Of a stretch of 64,000 nt of DNA, positions 50,960 to 62,042 are shown in pieces; positions within the stretch are counted from its first letter, which is position 1, and each line of letters starts with the position of its first letter. Source of the stretch: an uncultured Rhizobiaceae bacterium (GTDB taxonomy: Bacteria; Pseudomonadota; Alphaproteobacteria; SMXQ01). Under the pieces are notes generated by a model, which had not been told where the DNA came from, made no database searches, and saw only the letters and a list, made by a program, of their open reading frames with translations. The translations under genes and the position numbers were made by a program. Location of the stretch: contig CAZOBN010000003.1 of the NCBI GenBank assembly GCA_964577835.1, positions 490-64,489 on the forward strand, in the 5' to 3' direction.

Positions 50960-51937
50960 ATGCGGTGGCTGATCGCCATTGCGCTGCTCGCGCTCGCCGG
51001 CTGCGCCACGCCGCAGACCGATTCGGTTCTGCAGCAACGTGGCGCGTTGCCGCCGCAGGTCGAGCTCGACAACGTCGTCTTCTATCCCCAGGCCGAGAAT
51101 GAGTGCGGTCCGGCGTCGCTTGCCATGGCGCTCGGCGCGAGCGGCGTGAAGGTCACGCCGGACCAACTCACCCCCATCGTCTTCACGCCGGGCCGCGAAG
51201 GCAGCCTGCAGGCCGATATGCTCTCGGCGAGCCGGCGGCACGGCCGCGTCGCCTACCCGATCAAGGATCTGCGCTCGATCCTCGCCGAGATCGCCAACGG
51301 CACCCCGGTCGTCGTCTTCCAGAATTTGGCCCTGTCCTGGTATCCGCAATGGCACTACGCGGTCGCCATCGGCTACGACATGGACAGCAGGGAGCTCATC
51401 CTGCATTCGGGCCTCACCGCGCGCGACCGCCTGCCGCTCACCACGTTCGAGCGCACCTGGGAGCGCGGCGGCCATTGGGCCATCGCCGTGCTACCGCCCG
51501 ACCGGCTGCCCGCCACCGCGCAGCCGTTGCCCTACCTGGCGGCCGTCAAAGGCCTCGAGCAGGCCAGGCAATACGATGCGGCCGCGCGGGCCTATGCCAC
51601 GGCGCTCGAGCAATGGCCCGACGACCTGCAGGCCATGATGGGCCGCGGCAACGCACTCTATGCGCTGAACAAGAAAACCGAAGCCGCCCGCGCCTTCCGC
51701 ACGGCGGCCGCCCAGCATCCGGATTCCGCCGCGGCGCTCAACAACCTCGCCCATGTGCTGGCCGAACTGGGCCAGCTCGCCGAGGCGGAGAAGACGGCGC
51801 GCCGGGCGGTCGAGATCGGCGGGTCCTTCTCCGACACGGCACGCAAGACGCTCGATGAGATCATCGCCAAGCGCACCGAGGCGCAGGCCAGCGGCCCGCC
51901 CCACGCCCTGAGCCGCCAGATCGCGGGTGTCGAATAA
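50960..51937 (+). CDS. PA2778-family C39-like cysteine peptidase lipoprotein with TPR repeats
   Basis: Lipobox LALAGC. Papain/C39-like QAENECGPASLAMAL ... WHYAVAIGYD. C-terminal TPR repeats (AARAYATALEQWPDDLQAMMGRGNALYAL...). Confidence 0.7.
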   Translation: MRWLIAIALLALAGCATPQTDSVLQQRGALPPQVELDNVVFYPQAENECGPASLAMALGASGVKVTPDQLTPIVFTPGREGSLQADMLSASRRHGRVAYPIKDLRSILAEIANGTPVVVFQNLALSWYPQWHYAVAIGYDMDSRELILHSGLTARDRLPLTTFERTWERGGHWAIAVLPPDRLPATAQPLPYLAAVKGLEQARQYDAAARAYATALEQWPDDLQAMMGRGNALYALNKKTEAARAFRTAAAQHPDSAAALNNLAHVLAELGQLAEAEKTARRAVEIGGSFSDTARKTLDEIIAKRTEAQASGPPHALSRQIAGVE

Positions 51938-51988
51938 AAACGGCGGCGCCTTGCACAAGGCGCCGCCGCATCCCCGGCATGCGCCTTC

Positions 51989-52798
51989 TTACATGCCCGG
52001 CCAAACCGCGATGTCGGTGATCGTGCCGGACGCACCCGACAGCTTGCCGGTCATGGTCGCCTTGCCGGTCGCGAGATCGACCTTGTGCAACATGCCACCG
52101 GCGACCAGCCACGCCGTGTTGTTACTCATGCCGTCCGACACGATATCGAACGCGACAGGCCCCGATACGGTGACGCCGAGCTTGCCGACCGCGTTCAGGA
52201 TGCCGTCGTTCGGCGGCGTCTGCTTGAGCAAGCCGCCGATCGTCCCGTCGATGTCGTAGAGCGCCGTTTCCTTGGCGCCCTTCATGGAATTGATATAGGC
52301 GCCGGCGATCACATTGGGCTTCTCGCCCTTGTGCATGTCGGTCTCGGCGAATTTCAGCGCGCCATCGGTCGTCACCGAGCCGTCGTCCACGTTGGCACGC
52401 AGGTTGGCGCCGTCGCTGCCGATGATGCGCAACCGGTCCGCCACCGGGTTGAAATCCACCGTGGCCGCGACGCCTTTCGGCAACATGGTCTTGAGCTTGC
52501 TCTTTTCCATGGCCTTGCCGCTCGTCGGATCGATGGTGACAACCGCGCCGTCGGCGGTGACGCCGTAGAGCATGCCGTCCGCCGGCCGCACATCGATGCC
52601 GATCAGATTGGCGGCGCCGCTCACCGGGACGGTTTTGGTGATCTTGCCGCTCATGCTGTCGAGCATGACCAGGGACTTGCCATCGGCCAGGCCGATGACC
52701 GTTTGCGCCGAGGCTCCGGCGGACAGGGAGACGGACGTGAAGACGGCGGCGACAAGCCCTGCCGCCATGAGAACCGCGTGACGGTTGCTGAGTGTCAT
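51989..52798 (-). CDS. DUF4394-family secreted protein
   Basis: Start at MTLSNRHAVLMAAGLVAAVFTSVSLSAGASA (ATG 52798). LIGIDVRPADGMLYGVT...VDFNPVADRLRIIG...LYDIDG. Confidence 0.7.
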   Translation of the reverse strand: MTLSNRHAVLMAAGLVAAVFTSVSLSAGASAQTVIGLADGKSLVMLDSMSGKITKTVPVSGAANLIGIDVRPADGMLYGVTADGAVVTIDPTSGKAMEKSKLKTMLPKGVAATVDFNPVADRLRIIGSDGANLRANVDDGSVTTDGALKFAETDMHKGEKPNVIAGAYINSMKGAKETALYDIDGTIGGLLKQTPPNDGILNAVGKLGVTVSGPVAFDIVSDGMSNNTAWLVAGGMLHKVDLATGKATMTGKLSGASGTITDIAVWPGM

Positions 52799-53014
52799 GG
52801 TGCTTCTCTCGCATTGGATTGCCAAGGCACGCGGAATTGCATGCCCTCCCAATACCGCGGAGCGCACGGTTCGGATGCGGAGCAGGATGGGTTTATATTT
52901 TATCCGCGACGGCGATCCGACGGCTTTCCGGCGCGTATAAGTCCGAATCGCCGATCGGCGCATTCCAAGGCAGCCGCCTCCTTAAGAGGGCGGCAACGCT
53001 CCCAGGCGCGATGG

Positions 53015-53887
53015 TTAGAAGGTCGCGCCCGATTTCAGGAAGTGCTCGGCGATCTCGCAGCCAGTCGCCTTCCACACCCCCGGCTTGCTGTTGATGTATT
53101 GGAAGATATTTTCCACCGCCTTGAGCCGGTGGGGCACGCCGGAGACGAAAGGGTGCAGCGCGACGATCAGCACCTTGCCGGTCTTCTCGCCTTCCCGATA
53201 AAGCACGTCGAACTGGTCCTGCACCATGCGCTCGAACTCCCACGGCTTGTAGCCGAGCCGCTCGTAGGCGCCCTTGTCGTGCGGCTGCTCGCCGTACGGC
53301 ACCTGCACCATGGTGTGACCGTTGATCTCCATCAGATACGGCTGGTCGTCGTTGATCCAGTCGGCGTTGTAGAGCATGCCCTCCTCCGCCAGCAGGTCGA
53401 GGGTCTGCCAGGTCTCGTGCATGCCGGGCCCCATCCAGCCCTGCGGCTTCCGGCCCCAGGCGCGGCCGACCGCGGCGATGGAGTCGCGGATTTCGCGCTT
53501 TTCATCCTCCGGCGACAGGTGGTGCATCGGCCGGCTGTTGCTGCCGCCGTGCGCCATGAACTCCCAGCCGAGCCGCTTGGCCTCGACCAACACCTCGGGG
53601 TGGAATTCGCACATCTCGGCATTGACGTTGGCGGTACCCGGCATGCCGTAGCGCTCCATCGCCTCCATGAGGCGATAGACGCCGACCCGGTTGCCGTAGT
53701 CGCGCTTCGACCAGGCCACCACGTCGGGCACCTTGCCGTGGCCGCCGGGGACAGGCCGGTCGAGTCGGAAGAATTCGAGATTGACCACGACCCAGACGGC
53801 GATCTGGGCACCATTCGGCCATTGGATGCGCGGCCGCTTCGGCAGAGGCACGCAGGGAAACGGGCCGTAGGGCGTCGGCTTTACCAT
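53015..53887 (-). CDS. Polysaccharide deacetylase (NodB-homology, PuuE-like) family protein
   Basis: Start at MVKPTPYGPF (ATG 53887). RIQWPNGAQIAVWVVVNLEFF...HGGSNSRPMHHLSPEDEKREI. Confidence 0.65.
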   Translation of the reverse strand: MVKPTPYGPFPCVPLPKRPRIQWPNGAQIAVWVVVNLEFFRLDRPVPGGHGKVPDVVAWSKRDYGNRVGVYRLMEAMERYGMPGTANVNAEMCEFHPEVLVEAKRLGWEFMAHGGSNSRPMHHLSPEDEKREIRDSIAAVGRAWGRKPQGWMGPGMHETWQTLDLLAEEGMLYNADWINDDQPYLMEINGHTMVQVPYGEQPHDKGAYERLGYKPWEFERMVQDQFDVLYREGEKTGKVLIVALHPFVSGVPHRLKAVENIFQYINSKPGVWKATGCEIAEHFLKSGATF

Positions 53888-54072
53888 GCGGCGGCACCAT
53901 CGGCCGCAAGGTCGGAGCACGCGCTGCCCCTCCGCGCCGGGCGCCGCAAACACAGTCGATCAAAGCTCACGGACAGCCTCCCAGGCGATGACGGCCGCAA
54001 GAAAACGGCCGAGGCAGGTATATTCCCGCCTCGGCCGTGAACTGCCAAGTGCTTTAGATTAATGAGGCCAGC

Positions 54073-55497
<1,425 letters not shown>

Positions 55498-55742
55498 TGT
55501 TCTTTCACTATTCGCGGCCCTGCGCGCGAACAGGACGGCCCTTTGTATTAAAGGGGAATTCTCGGGATGGAGGGCATCGCAAATTTTGGGAGAAATGCGG
55601 ACGCGCTTCGCGCGATCACGAGAGGGAAGCCTTGGCAAAGCCATCGGCCTCGACGGGATAGATGCGCCCTTGAGATGCTAAAGTCAAGGAATCATATGCA
55701 GAATGCATTAACCAGCCGTTAGGACTTCGGCGCAATCGCCGG

Positions 55743-56750
55743 TCAATCCTGCTCCTTGCACAGATTGACTTCCACGGTGATATGGCGGATGCCGAGGTCG
55801 TCAGGCACCAGGTTCTTGTAGTAGTCGGGAAGCTTTGGATGATGGGTGACCACCGACAGGGCGACCGCGAAAATGCCCGGCCCGATCGACCAGACATGGA
55901 GGTCGGCGAGCCGATTGTCGGCGTCGCTTTCGATCGCCTGGCGCAGCCGCCGGCTCACCGATGCCGGAGCCGCGCGATCGAGCAGCATATGGCTGCTCCC
56001 GCGCACCAGACCGATCGACCACCAGATGATGATCACGGCGCCGAGCAGTCCGACGGCAGGATCGAGCCAGAGCCAACCGAAGCGCGCCGCGCCGAGCAGG
56101 GCGACGATGGCGAGAACGGACGTCAGCATGTCGGTCGCCACATGAAGATAGGCGGAGCGCAGGTTGTGGTCGTCACCATGGGAGTTCTCATGAGCATGAC
56201 CGTGCTCATGGGCATGGCCATCTTCCGCCGCCGCATGGCGATGGCCGTGCGTCGCGGGCTCCGCGCGTGACAGGATGACGGCGGAAACGCCATTCACCGC
56301 CAGGCCGACGACGGCAACCGCCAGCGCCCAGGTAAAGTCGATCGGCGTCGGCGACAGCAGCTTCTCGATGCTCTCCCACACCATGAGTGCCACCGGGATG
56401 AGCAGGAGGAGCGCTCCGGTATAGCCGGCGAGCGCCGATATCTTGCCGGTGCCGAGCGAAAACCGCGCGTCGCCGGCGCGCCGGCGCATCCACGAATAGG
56501 CCAGCGCGCTGAGGCCGAGCGCCATGGCATGGGAGCCCATGTGGAGGCCGTCGGCGAGCAGGGCCATGGAACCGAAGAGCTGGCCGGCGACGATCTCGAG
56601 CACCATGGTGACGAGAGTCAGCGCCGCGACGATCTTGACGCGCCGCTCGGCAGTCCGCGGCCGATGCAAACCGAAGCGGTGATCGTGCTGCCAGGGGGAT
56701 AGAGAGTGCTCGGCGTGCTGATCCATGGCTATTCGCGAAAATGATGCCAT
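55743..56750 (-). CDS. Cation diffusion facilitator (CzcD/ZitB-like) metal efflux transporter
   Basis: Six TM segments, a His-rich loop HGHRHAAAEDGHAHEHGHAHENSHGDDHN and a C-terminal cytoplasmic domain. An alternative start is ATG 56726. Confidence 0.8.
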   Translation of the reverse strand: MASFSRIAMDQHAEHSLSPWQHDHRFGLHRPRTAERRVKIVAALTLVTMVLEIVAGQLFGSMALLADGLHMGSHAMALGLSALAYSWMRRRAGDARFSLGTGKISALAGYTGALLLLIPVALMVWESIEKLLSPTPIDFTWALAVAVVGLAVNGVSAVILSRAEPATHGHRHAAAEDGHAHEHGHAHENSHGDDHNLRSAYLHVATDMLTSVLAIVALLGAARFGWLWLDPAVGLLGAVIIIWWSIGLVRGSSHMLLDRAAPASVSRRLRQAIESDADNRLADLHVWSIGPGIFAVALSVVTHHPKLPDYYKNLVPDDLGIRHITVEVNLCKEQD

Positions 56751-56782
56751 CCAGGACGGACTCGGGTCAGCGTGGCGCGGCC

Positions 56783-56941
56783 CTAGTACTCGGAATCACC
56801 GATGCCTGTATCACCCCCCACCCTAACCCTCCCCCACAAGGGTGGAGGGGATTCGCAATGTTGCTCAATAACGTCCCCTCCCCCTCGATGGGGGAGGGAC
56901 CGGGGTGGGGTGACTCTTGCTTCAATGATAGCCAGTACTAG
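56783..56941. mobile_element. 159-bp CTAG-bounded MITE of a second family
   Basis: Terminal inverted repeats CTAGTACTCGGAATCA / TGATAGCCAGTACTAG. Internal G/C-tract hairpins include CCCTCCCCC-tcgat-GGGGGAGGG. Confidence 0.6.
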
Positions 56942-56999
56942 CCCATTCGGATGGCTTTGACTGCGTCCAGTATACCATCACTCACGCGGTGCAGGAGTC

Positions 57000-57386
57000 T
57001 CAGGCGGGCACCGCGACCATGGAGCCGAGCGGGTCGGCGCCAAAACGATTGGGCCCCGGTGTGCCACGTTGAACGAGCCAGATGATCAAGACGATCCAGC
57101 CAATGATCGGGACAAGCCAGAGCAGTTGCCACCAGCCGGACTTATCAACGTCGCGGAGCCGCCGCGACGTGACCGCCAGCGAAGGCAGAAACGTGACCAG
57201 CGAAAAAATCGAATTCAGCGGCGAAATGACGTTGGCCGGAAACAGGATCGCGTCGAGCACGCCTGTTATCACCCCGACGATAACCAGGAATAGCACGAAA
57301 TACCAATATTCGGAGCGCGGCGCGCGGCCGCTGAACGTGATGTAGTTGGCAAAGCAGGTTTTGACGGCTGTTTGAAAATCCATCAT
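57000..57386 (-). CDS. DUF805-family inner-membrane protein
   Basis: FSGRAPRSEYWYFVLFLVIVGVI...RRLRDVDKSGWWQLLWLVPIIGWIVLIIW. Confidence 0.8.
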   Translation of the reverse strand: MMDFQTAVKTCFANYITFSGRAPRSEYWYFVLFLVIVGVITGVLDAILFPANVISPLNSIFSLVTFLPSLAVTSRRLRDVDKSGWWQLLWLVPIIGWIVLIIWLVQRGTPGPNRFGADPLGSMVAVPA

Positions 57387-57487
57387 GTCCCCCGAAATTC
57401 GCCGCTTGGGCGGCATATTCCCCAAGGCGCCAGAGGCGTACCCCTCCAGGCGCCAGCGATGAGTTTAGCACCTCCGCCAGAAATAAG

Positions 57488-58504
57488 TCAGCGCCAGGGA
57501 TTGGCTCGTCTTTCCGCCTGTTTGTTCGCCGCCGGGCGGCGCTGTGCCGGCGAACCCTTGGATGGCGCCCGAGGCGCGGGCGTAGCCGCTTTGGACATGA
57601 CGACCGCGTCGCCCAGCGTTTTCTTGAGCTTGGCGATCAAGGCTTCGGCGTCGCGCGGCGCCCGAACTTTGGCATCGTTGTCGAAATACACGAACACGTC
57701 GCGGCGGGGCCGCTTCCCAGGCGGCTTTGAGCTGGCCTTCTCGGCATCCTTCGGCTCGCCGCCGCGCGCCCAAGCCGCGGTGCGCGCCGCCCAGTGGTCG
57801 AGCGCCTTGTCGTCATAGCCGCTGGCATAGAGCACTTCCGAACCATGCAAGCGGCAATAGACGAAGTCGCTGGTGACGTCCATCAGGCGCGGCCATTCCA
57901 CCGTGTCGGCACAGACCAGCGCGACGTTGTAGCGGCGCAGCAGGTCGACGAATTCAGGCGTCACGAAACTATCGTGGCGGATCTCCATGGCGTGACGCAT
58001 TTTCCGCTTCGGGGTCTTCTCCACCCAGGCGCGCCCCGCCATACGCTTCTCGTGGTGGCTCGCCATGTCGGTCGCCGCGTCGGTGTCGTGCGGCAGCAGC
58101 TTGAAGAATGCCTCGACGCGGGGCGCATCGAATTTGAAGTTGGACGGGAACTGCCACAGAAACGGTCCGAGCTTGTTCTGGAGCCGCAGCACGCCGGAGG
58201 CGAAAAAGTTGGCGAGCGGCGCCTCGACCTCCCTCAGACGGCGGATGTGGGTGATGAAGCGCCCTCCTTTGACCGCGAACTGGAAGTTGGGCGGCGTCTC
58301 ATCGTACCATTGCGCGAAATAGTCCGGTCGCTGCAATGAATAGAAGGTGCCGTTGATCTCGATGGTCGGGAATTTCGAACTGGCGTAGGCGAGCTCGTCC
58401 TTCTGGCGGAGCTTTTCGGGATAGAACACACCCCGCCAGGGCTCATAGCGCCAGCCTGAAATGCCGATGCGCACGTTTCCCGGGGTTTTGGCCGCCATTC
58501 GCAC
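57488..58504 (-). CDS. DUF72-family protein with basic C-terminal tail
   Basis: VRIGISGWRYEPWRGVFYP...FPTIEINGTFYSLQRP, then about 45 aa of Ala/Pro/Arg/Lys-rich tail. Confidence 0.8.
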   Translation of the reverse strand: MRMAAKTPGNVRIGISGWRYEPWRGVFYPEKLRQKDELAYASSKFPTIEINGTFYSLQRPDYFAQWYDETPPNFQFAVKGGRFITHIRRLREVEAPLANFFASGVLRLQNKLGPFLWQFPSNFKFDAPRVEAFFKLLPHDTDAATDMASHHEKRMAGRAWVEKTPKRKMRHAMEIRHDSFVTPEFVDLLRRYNVALVCADTVEWPRLMDVTSDFVYCRLHGSEVLYASGYDDKALDHWAARTAAWARGGEPKDAEKASSKPPGKRPRRDVFVYFDNDAKVRAPRDAEALIAKLKKTLGDAVVMSKAATPAPRAPSKGSPAQRRPAANKQAERRANPWR

Positions 58505-58653
58505 GCCCCTTCAAGATCGATCCCGCGCTTGATCAACGTGCGGACGCGCATTTGGCTCCGAACATCTTGTCCACAGCAAGGTCGCTCAAGGCTATTCCGG
58601 CTTTTCGGCAGACGCGCTAGGTTCCCCGGATCCACCAACATGAGGAAAAGACC

Positions 58654-59001
58654 ATGGCCGTCGTGATCTACCACAATCCGCGCTGCACCAAATCGCGCGA
58701 AACCATGAAGCTCTTGGAAGACAAGGGAATCAAACCCCAGGTGATCGAGTATCTCAAGACCCCGCCTTCGGTCGCGGAGCTCAAGGATCTGGTGGCCAAG
58801 CTCGGAATCAGCCCGCGGCAGCTTCTGCGCAAGGGCGAGGCGCCCTACAAGGATCTGAAGCTCGCCGACGAGAAGCTCAGCGATGCGGCGATCATCAAGG
58901 CGATGGCGGACAACCCGATCTTGATCGAGCGTCCTATCGTGGTGAACGGCAAGAAAGCGGCGCTCGGTCGTCCACCGGAAGCGGTGTTGGGGATTTTGTA
59001 A
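58654..59001 (+). CDS. arsC: Arsenate reductase, glutaredoxin-coupled ArsC family
   Basis: VIYHNPRCTKSRETMKLLEDKGI...ILIERPIVVNGKKAALGRPPEAVLGIL. Confidence 0.85.
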   Translation: MAVVIYHNPRCTKSRETMKLLEDKGIKPQVIEYLKTPPSVAELKDLVAKLGISPRQLLRKGEAPYKDLKLADEKLSDAAIIKAMADNPILIERPIVVNGKKAALGRPPEAVLGIL

Positions 59002-59223
59002 TCCACCGTCGCCACACGAGCGACCACCGAGGCGTGCGCGCATTCGGCCGTCCCGCTTGAAGGTGGCACGGCGAATACCCATTTATATTCAAGTTCCTTG
59101 CTTCCGTCGGCTCGCGTTGTTGGCCCGTTTTTCCTTCGCATGATGGGGTGCCAACCCGAAATGAACGGGCGTCGTTTCAACAGCGCGGCTTCTGTCGCGC
59201 CCATGCTCCGTGAGGAGGCTTTC

Positions 59224-59727
59224 ATGCGGCACGGATTCAAGCCCAACGATGTGGTCGTGCATCCCAACCATGGGATCGGCAGCGTCGGCAAGACGGTCGA
59301 GATGGAGGTGAATGGCGAAACCCATCGCTTCCTCGTCGTCGATTTCCGTCGCACCGCTCTCACGCTGCGCATCCCGGAACGCACGCTGGAGCAGTCCGGA
59401 TTGCGCTCGATCAGTTCGAAAGAGACCATGCAGGCCGCCCTTGCGGTCTTGCCGGCACCGCGCGCCATGCTGCCGGGCCACTGGTCGCGCTGGGCCAACA
59501 TCTATGTGGCGAAGCTGAACAGCGGCAAGCCGGAACTCCTGGCGGAGGTGCTCCGCGACCTCAGCCCGATCGGCGGCAGTTGGAAAGCCAGACTCTATGA
59601 TGAGGCCCTCAACCGACTGGCCGAGGAGCTCGCGCTGGTCGAGCGCGTCGAAATCGCCGAAGCACAGCGCATGATCGAAACGCAGCTTCCAACCGAGGCG
59701 CCCAAGCAGACCTCGGCGGCGCCCTGA
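59224..59727 (+). CDS. cdnL: CarD/CdnL-family RNA-polymerase-binding regulator
   Basis: GAGGAGG SD + ATG 59224. FKPNDVVVHPNHGIGSVGKTVEMEVNGETHRFLVVDF... Confidence 0.8.
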   Translation: MRHGFKPNDVVVHPNHGIGSVGKTVEMEVNGETHRFLVVDFRRTALTLRIPERTLEQSGLRSISSKETMQAALAVLPAPRAMLPGHWSRWANIYVAKLNSGKPELLAEVLRDLSPIGGSWKARLYDEALNRLAEELALVERVEIAEAQRMIETQLPTEAPKQTSAAP

Positions 59728-59991
59728 CGCTGCATAAACCCTTGTCTCACAAGCATTCGACGCGGGCTCTGGCAGGCCGTACGCAGGCGCCTTTGGCAAA
59801 GCCCATGCTTGCAAAACCCGCAAAACGGCTTATGGTAGGTTCTGTCAACGCGATTTGGGTCGGCTGCGCCTTCGGTCTTGCTAAATGCCCGACCCCCGGT
59901 TTCCCTTCCTGAACGCTGCTTGATCACGTCGCACATTGTTTCAACGCTGAGCAATGAGGCGCGACGCGCTTAACGTTATTGGAGGGACTCT

Positions 59992-60198
59992 ATGTCCAGC
60001 GGCACTGTCAAATGGTTCAACCCGACGAAGGGTTACGGCTTTATTCAGCCCGATGATGGCTCGAAGGATGTCTTCGTGCATATCTCCGCGGTCGAACGCG
60101 CCGGCCTCAGTAACCTGAGGGAAGGCCAGAAGGTCACCTTCGATCTGGAGCGTGGTCAGCAGGGCAAGGTCTCGGCTGTCAATCTCAAGGCCGAATGA
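59992..60198 (+). CDS. Cold-shock domain protein (CspA family)
   Basis: [34 protein letters not shown] (RNP1/RNP2). Confidence 0.9.
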   Translation: MSSGTVKWFNPTKGYGFIQPDDGSKDVFVHISAVERAGLSNLREGQKVTFDLERGQQGKVSAVNLKAE

Positions 60199-60204
60199 TC
60201 CAAC

Positions 60205-60224
60205 GGGGCAGCTTCGGCTGCCCC
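60205..60224 (+). terminator. GC hairpin between csp and infA (weak terminator or attenuator)
   Basis: GGGGCAGC-ttcg-GCTGCCCC with no clear T-run. Confidence 0.35.
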
Positions 60225-60252
60225 GCGTCGTTCACGAAAGTGCGTAGAAAAA

Positions 60253-60522
60253 ATGGCCAAGGAAGATCTTCTCGAATTTGAGGGCGCGGTCGTGGAAGTC
60301 CTACCGGACTCGCGCTTCCGCGTGCGCCTCGACAACGGCCATGAAGCCCTCGCCTATATCGCGGGCAAGATGCGCAAGCACCGCATCCGCATCATCGCGG
60401 GCGACCGGGTGATGGTGGAAATGACCCCCTACGATCTCGACAAGGGACGCATCGTGTTCCGCCAGAAGGATGAGCGCCAAGGGTCGGCGCCCCGTCGTCC
60501 GCAACAGTTCAAGCGCCGCTGA
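60253..60522 (+). CDS. infA: Translation initiation factor IF-1 homologue with a 17-aa basic C-terminal extension
   Basis: [70 protein letters not shown], then [19 protein letters not shown]. Confidence 0.8.
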   Translation: MAKEDLLEFEGAVVEVLPDSRFRVRLDNGHEALAYIAGKMRKHRIRIIAGDRVMVEMTPYDLDKGRIVFRQKDERQGSAPRRPQQFKRR

Positions 60523-60882
60523 TCGAATTCATCGCCGGCCATTGACCGCGGACCGCTTCGTGCGGCCTCTGATCGAGGCGACGGTTCTGGTTCTCCGCAA
60601 TTGCGGAAGACCACTATAGAGCCGTCGCGCCTCAGCACCCTAAGCTCCGCCCGCTTGTAGATCGTCCGAGGGTCGGATGCTGTCGGGGTCACACCCATTC
60701 TTTTCGCCTCTGCCGTGCGGCCGCGTCGTCGCGCTGGCGACATTCGTCGACCGATGTCTCCGGCGCCATCAGGCTACGCCTTGCTATCGCGATCAACGGT
60801 TCGGAGCTCGCGCGGCACGATTCGAACAGCATAGCCCGACGCGGGCTTGGGGCGCCTTGCGCGCATTTGCGAATAGAGGATC

Positions 60883-61047
60883 ATGACAATGAGCGAACAG
60901 GTTCAAGCCGCCGTACTCAATCCGTCCGATGAACATCCGCCGTCGCGCCCGGGCGCGAAGACCATGGCCGGGGCGGCCGTTCTCCTCGCCCTGTTGCTCG
61001 CCTACTTCAATTGGTCGGCCGTGAAGGGAATCGTCGGTCTCGACTGA
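60883..61047 (+). CDS. Possible small membrane protein
   Basis: Below the ORF-track cut-off. AGAGGA SD. MTMSEQVQAAVLNPSDEHPPSRPGAKTMAGAAVLLALLLAYFNWSAVKGIVGLD. Confidence 0.3.
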   Translation: MTMSEQVQAAVLNPSDEHPPSRPGAKTMAGAAVLLALLLAYFNWSAVKGIVGLD

Positions 61048-61325
61048 CCGCAACAAGATCGATTCGACCAGCGCCGGCCGCTCTCGGGCGGCTGGTTGCG
61101 TTATGGGGCGGGTGTCGCCCAACGGCGCTGGCGAAGCAGGCGCCAGCCAAACGCGGGCAGTTTGTTAACCACGGCCATGGCATCGACGCGCAAGCCATTG
61201 AAAATCCGCGCCGCGAACACATCCGATCGCTAAGAAACGCGTACGTCGGAAACCTCATATTTTAGTCAATCTTTACTCACTACAGTCCGCTTCACCATTT
61301 CGCGGCCCACAGTGGGGAGAGGATC

Positions 61326-62009
61326 ATGTTCACCCGGCTCGTTCGTGCCTTGGCGATATACAGTGCTCTGACCTTGGCATCGAGCGCCGGGGCTCAGGCC
61401 GCGCTCATCGTCAATGCTTCCGTCGGCGGCGCGCCGACCGGGGTGACCTATATCAACTTCAACCTTCTGCCTCTGGGTAATTCCGGCGGAGCCAGCGGCG
61501 GGCTGACGGTCTCCTACACCGGCACCGGCCAGACCGTGCAGGGAGCGGCATCCGGTCTCTATGCCGCGCCGTTCCTCTCCAACAACAACGGCGTGCCGTT
61601 CGGCACCGCGGGCAATGGCGCCGATCCCACGAGATATCTCAGCACCGGCATCGGCACGGTGACTCTGCTGTTGCCCGGCGACATGCAGTATTTCGGCCTG
61701 CTGTGGGGCTCGGTCGACAACTACAACTCGCTGCAGTTCTGGGACGGCGCGGCCATGGTCGGAAGCCTGACGGGCACCGACATCTGGGCCGGCGCCAACG
61801 GCGACCAAGGCGCCAATGGCACCTTCTATGTCAACGTCAATTCCACCCTCGCGTTCGACCGCGTGGTCGCCAAGAGCACCCAATACGCCTTCGAGTTCGA
61901 CAACGTCGCCTATAACCCGACATCCACCGTGCCGGAACCGGGCACTCTGGCATTGTTCGGAACCCTTGTTGCCGGCCTCGCGCTGGTCCGTCGCCAGCGC
62001 GGGATTTGA
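61326..62009 (+). CDS. PEP-CTERM sorting-domain secreted protein
   Basis: Signal peptide, Gly/Asn/Thr-rich body and a C-terminal VPEPGTLALFGTLVAGLALVRRQR (PEP motif + TM + basic). Confidence 0.8.
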   Translation: MFTRLVRALAIYSALTLASSAGAQAALIVNASVGGAPTGVTYINFNLLPLGNSGGASGGLTVSYTGTGQTVQGAASGLYAAPFLSNNNGVPFGTAGNGADPTRYLSTGIGTVTLLLPGDMQYFGLLWGSVDNYNSLQFWDGAAMVGSLTGTDIWAGANGDQGANGTFYVNVNSTLAFDRVVAKSTQYAFEFDNVAYNPTSTVPEPGTLALFGTLVAGLALVRRQRGI

Positions 62010-62042
62010 AGACGGTCCTCCGCCGTCTTCTGCGTGAACGAA

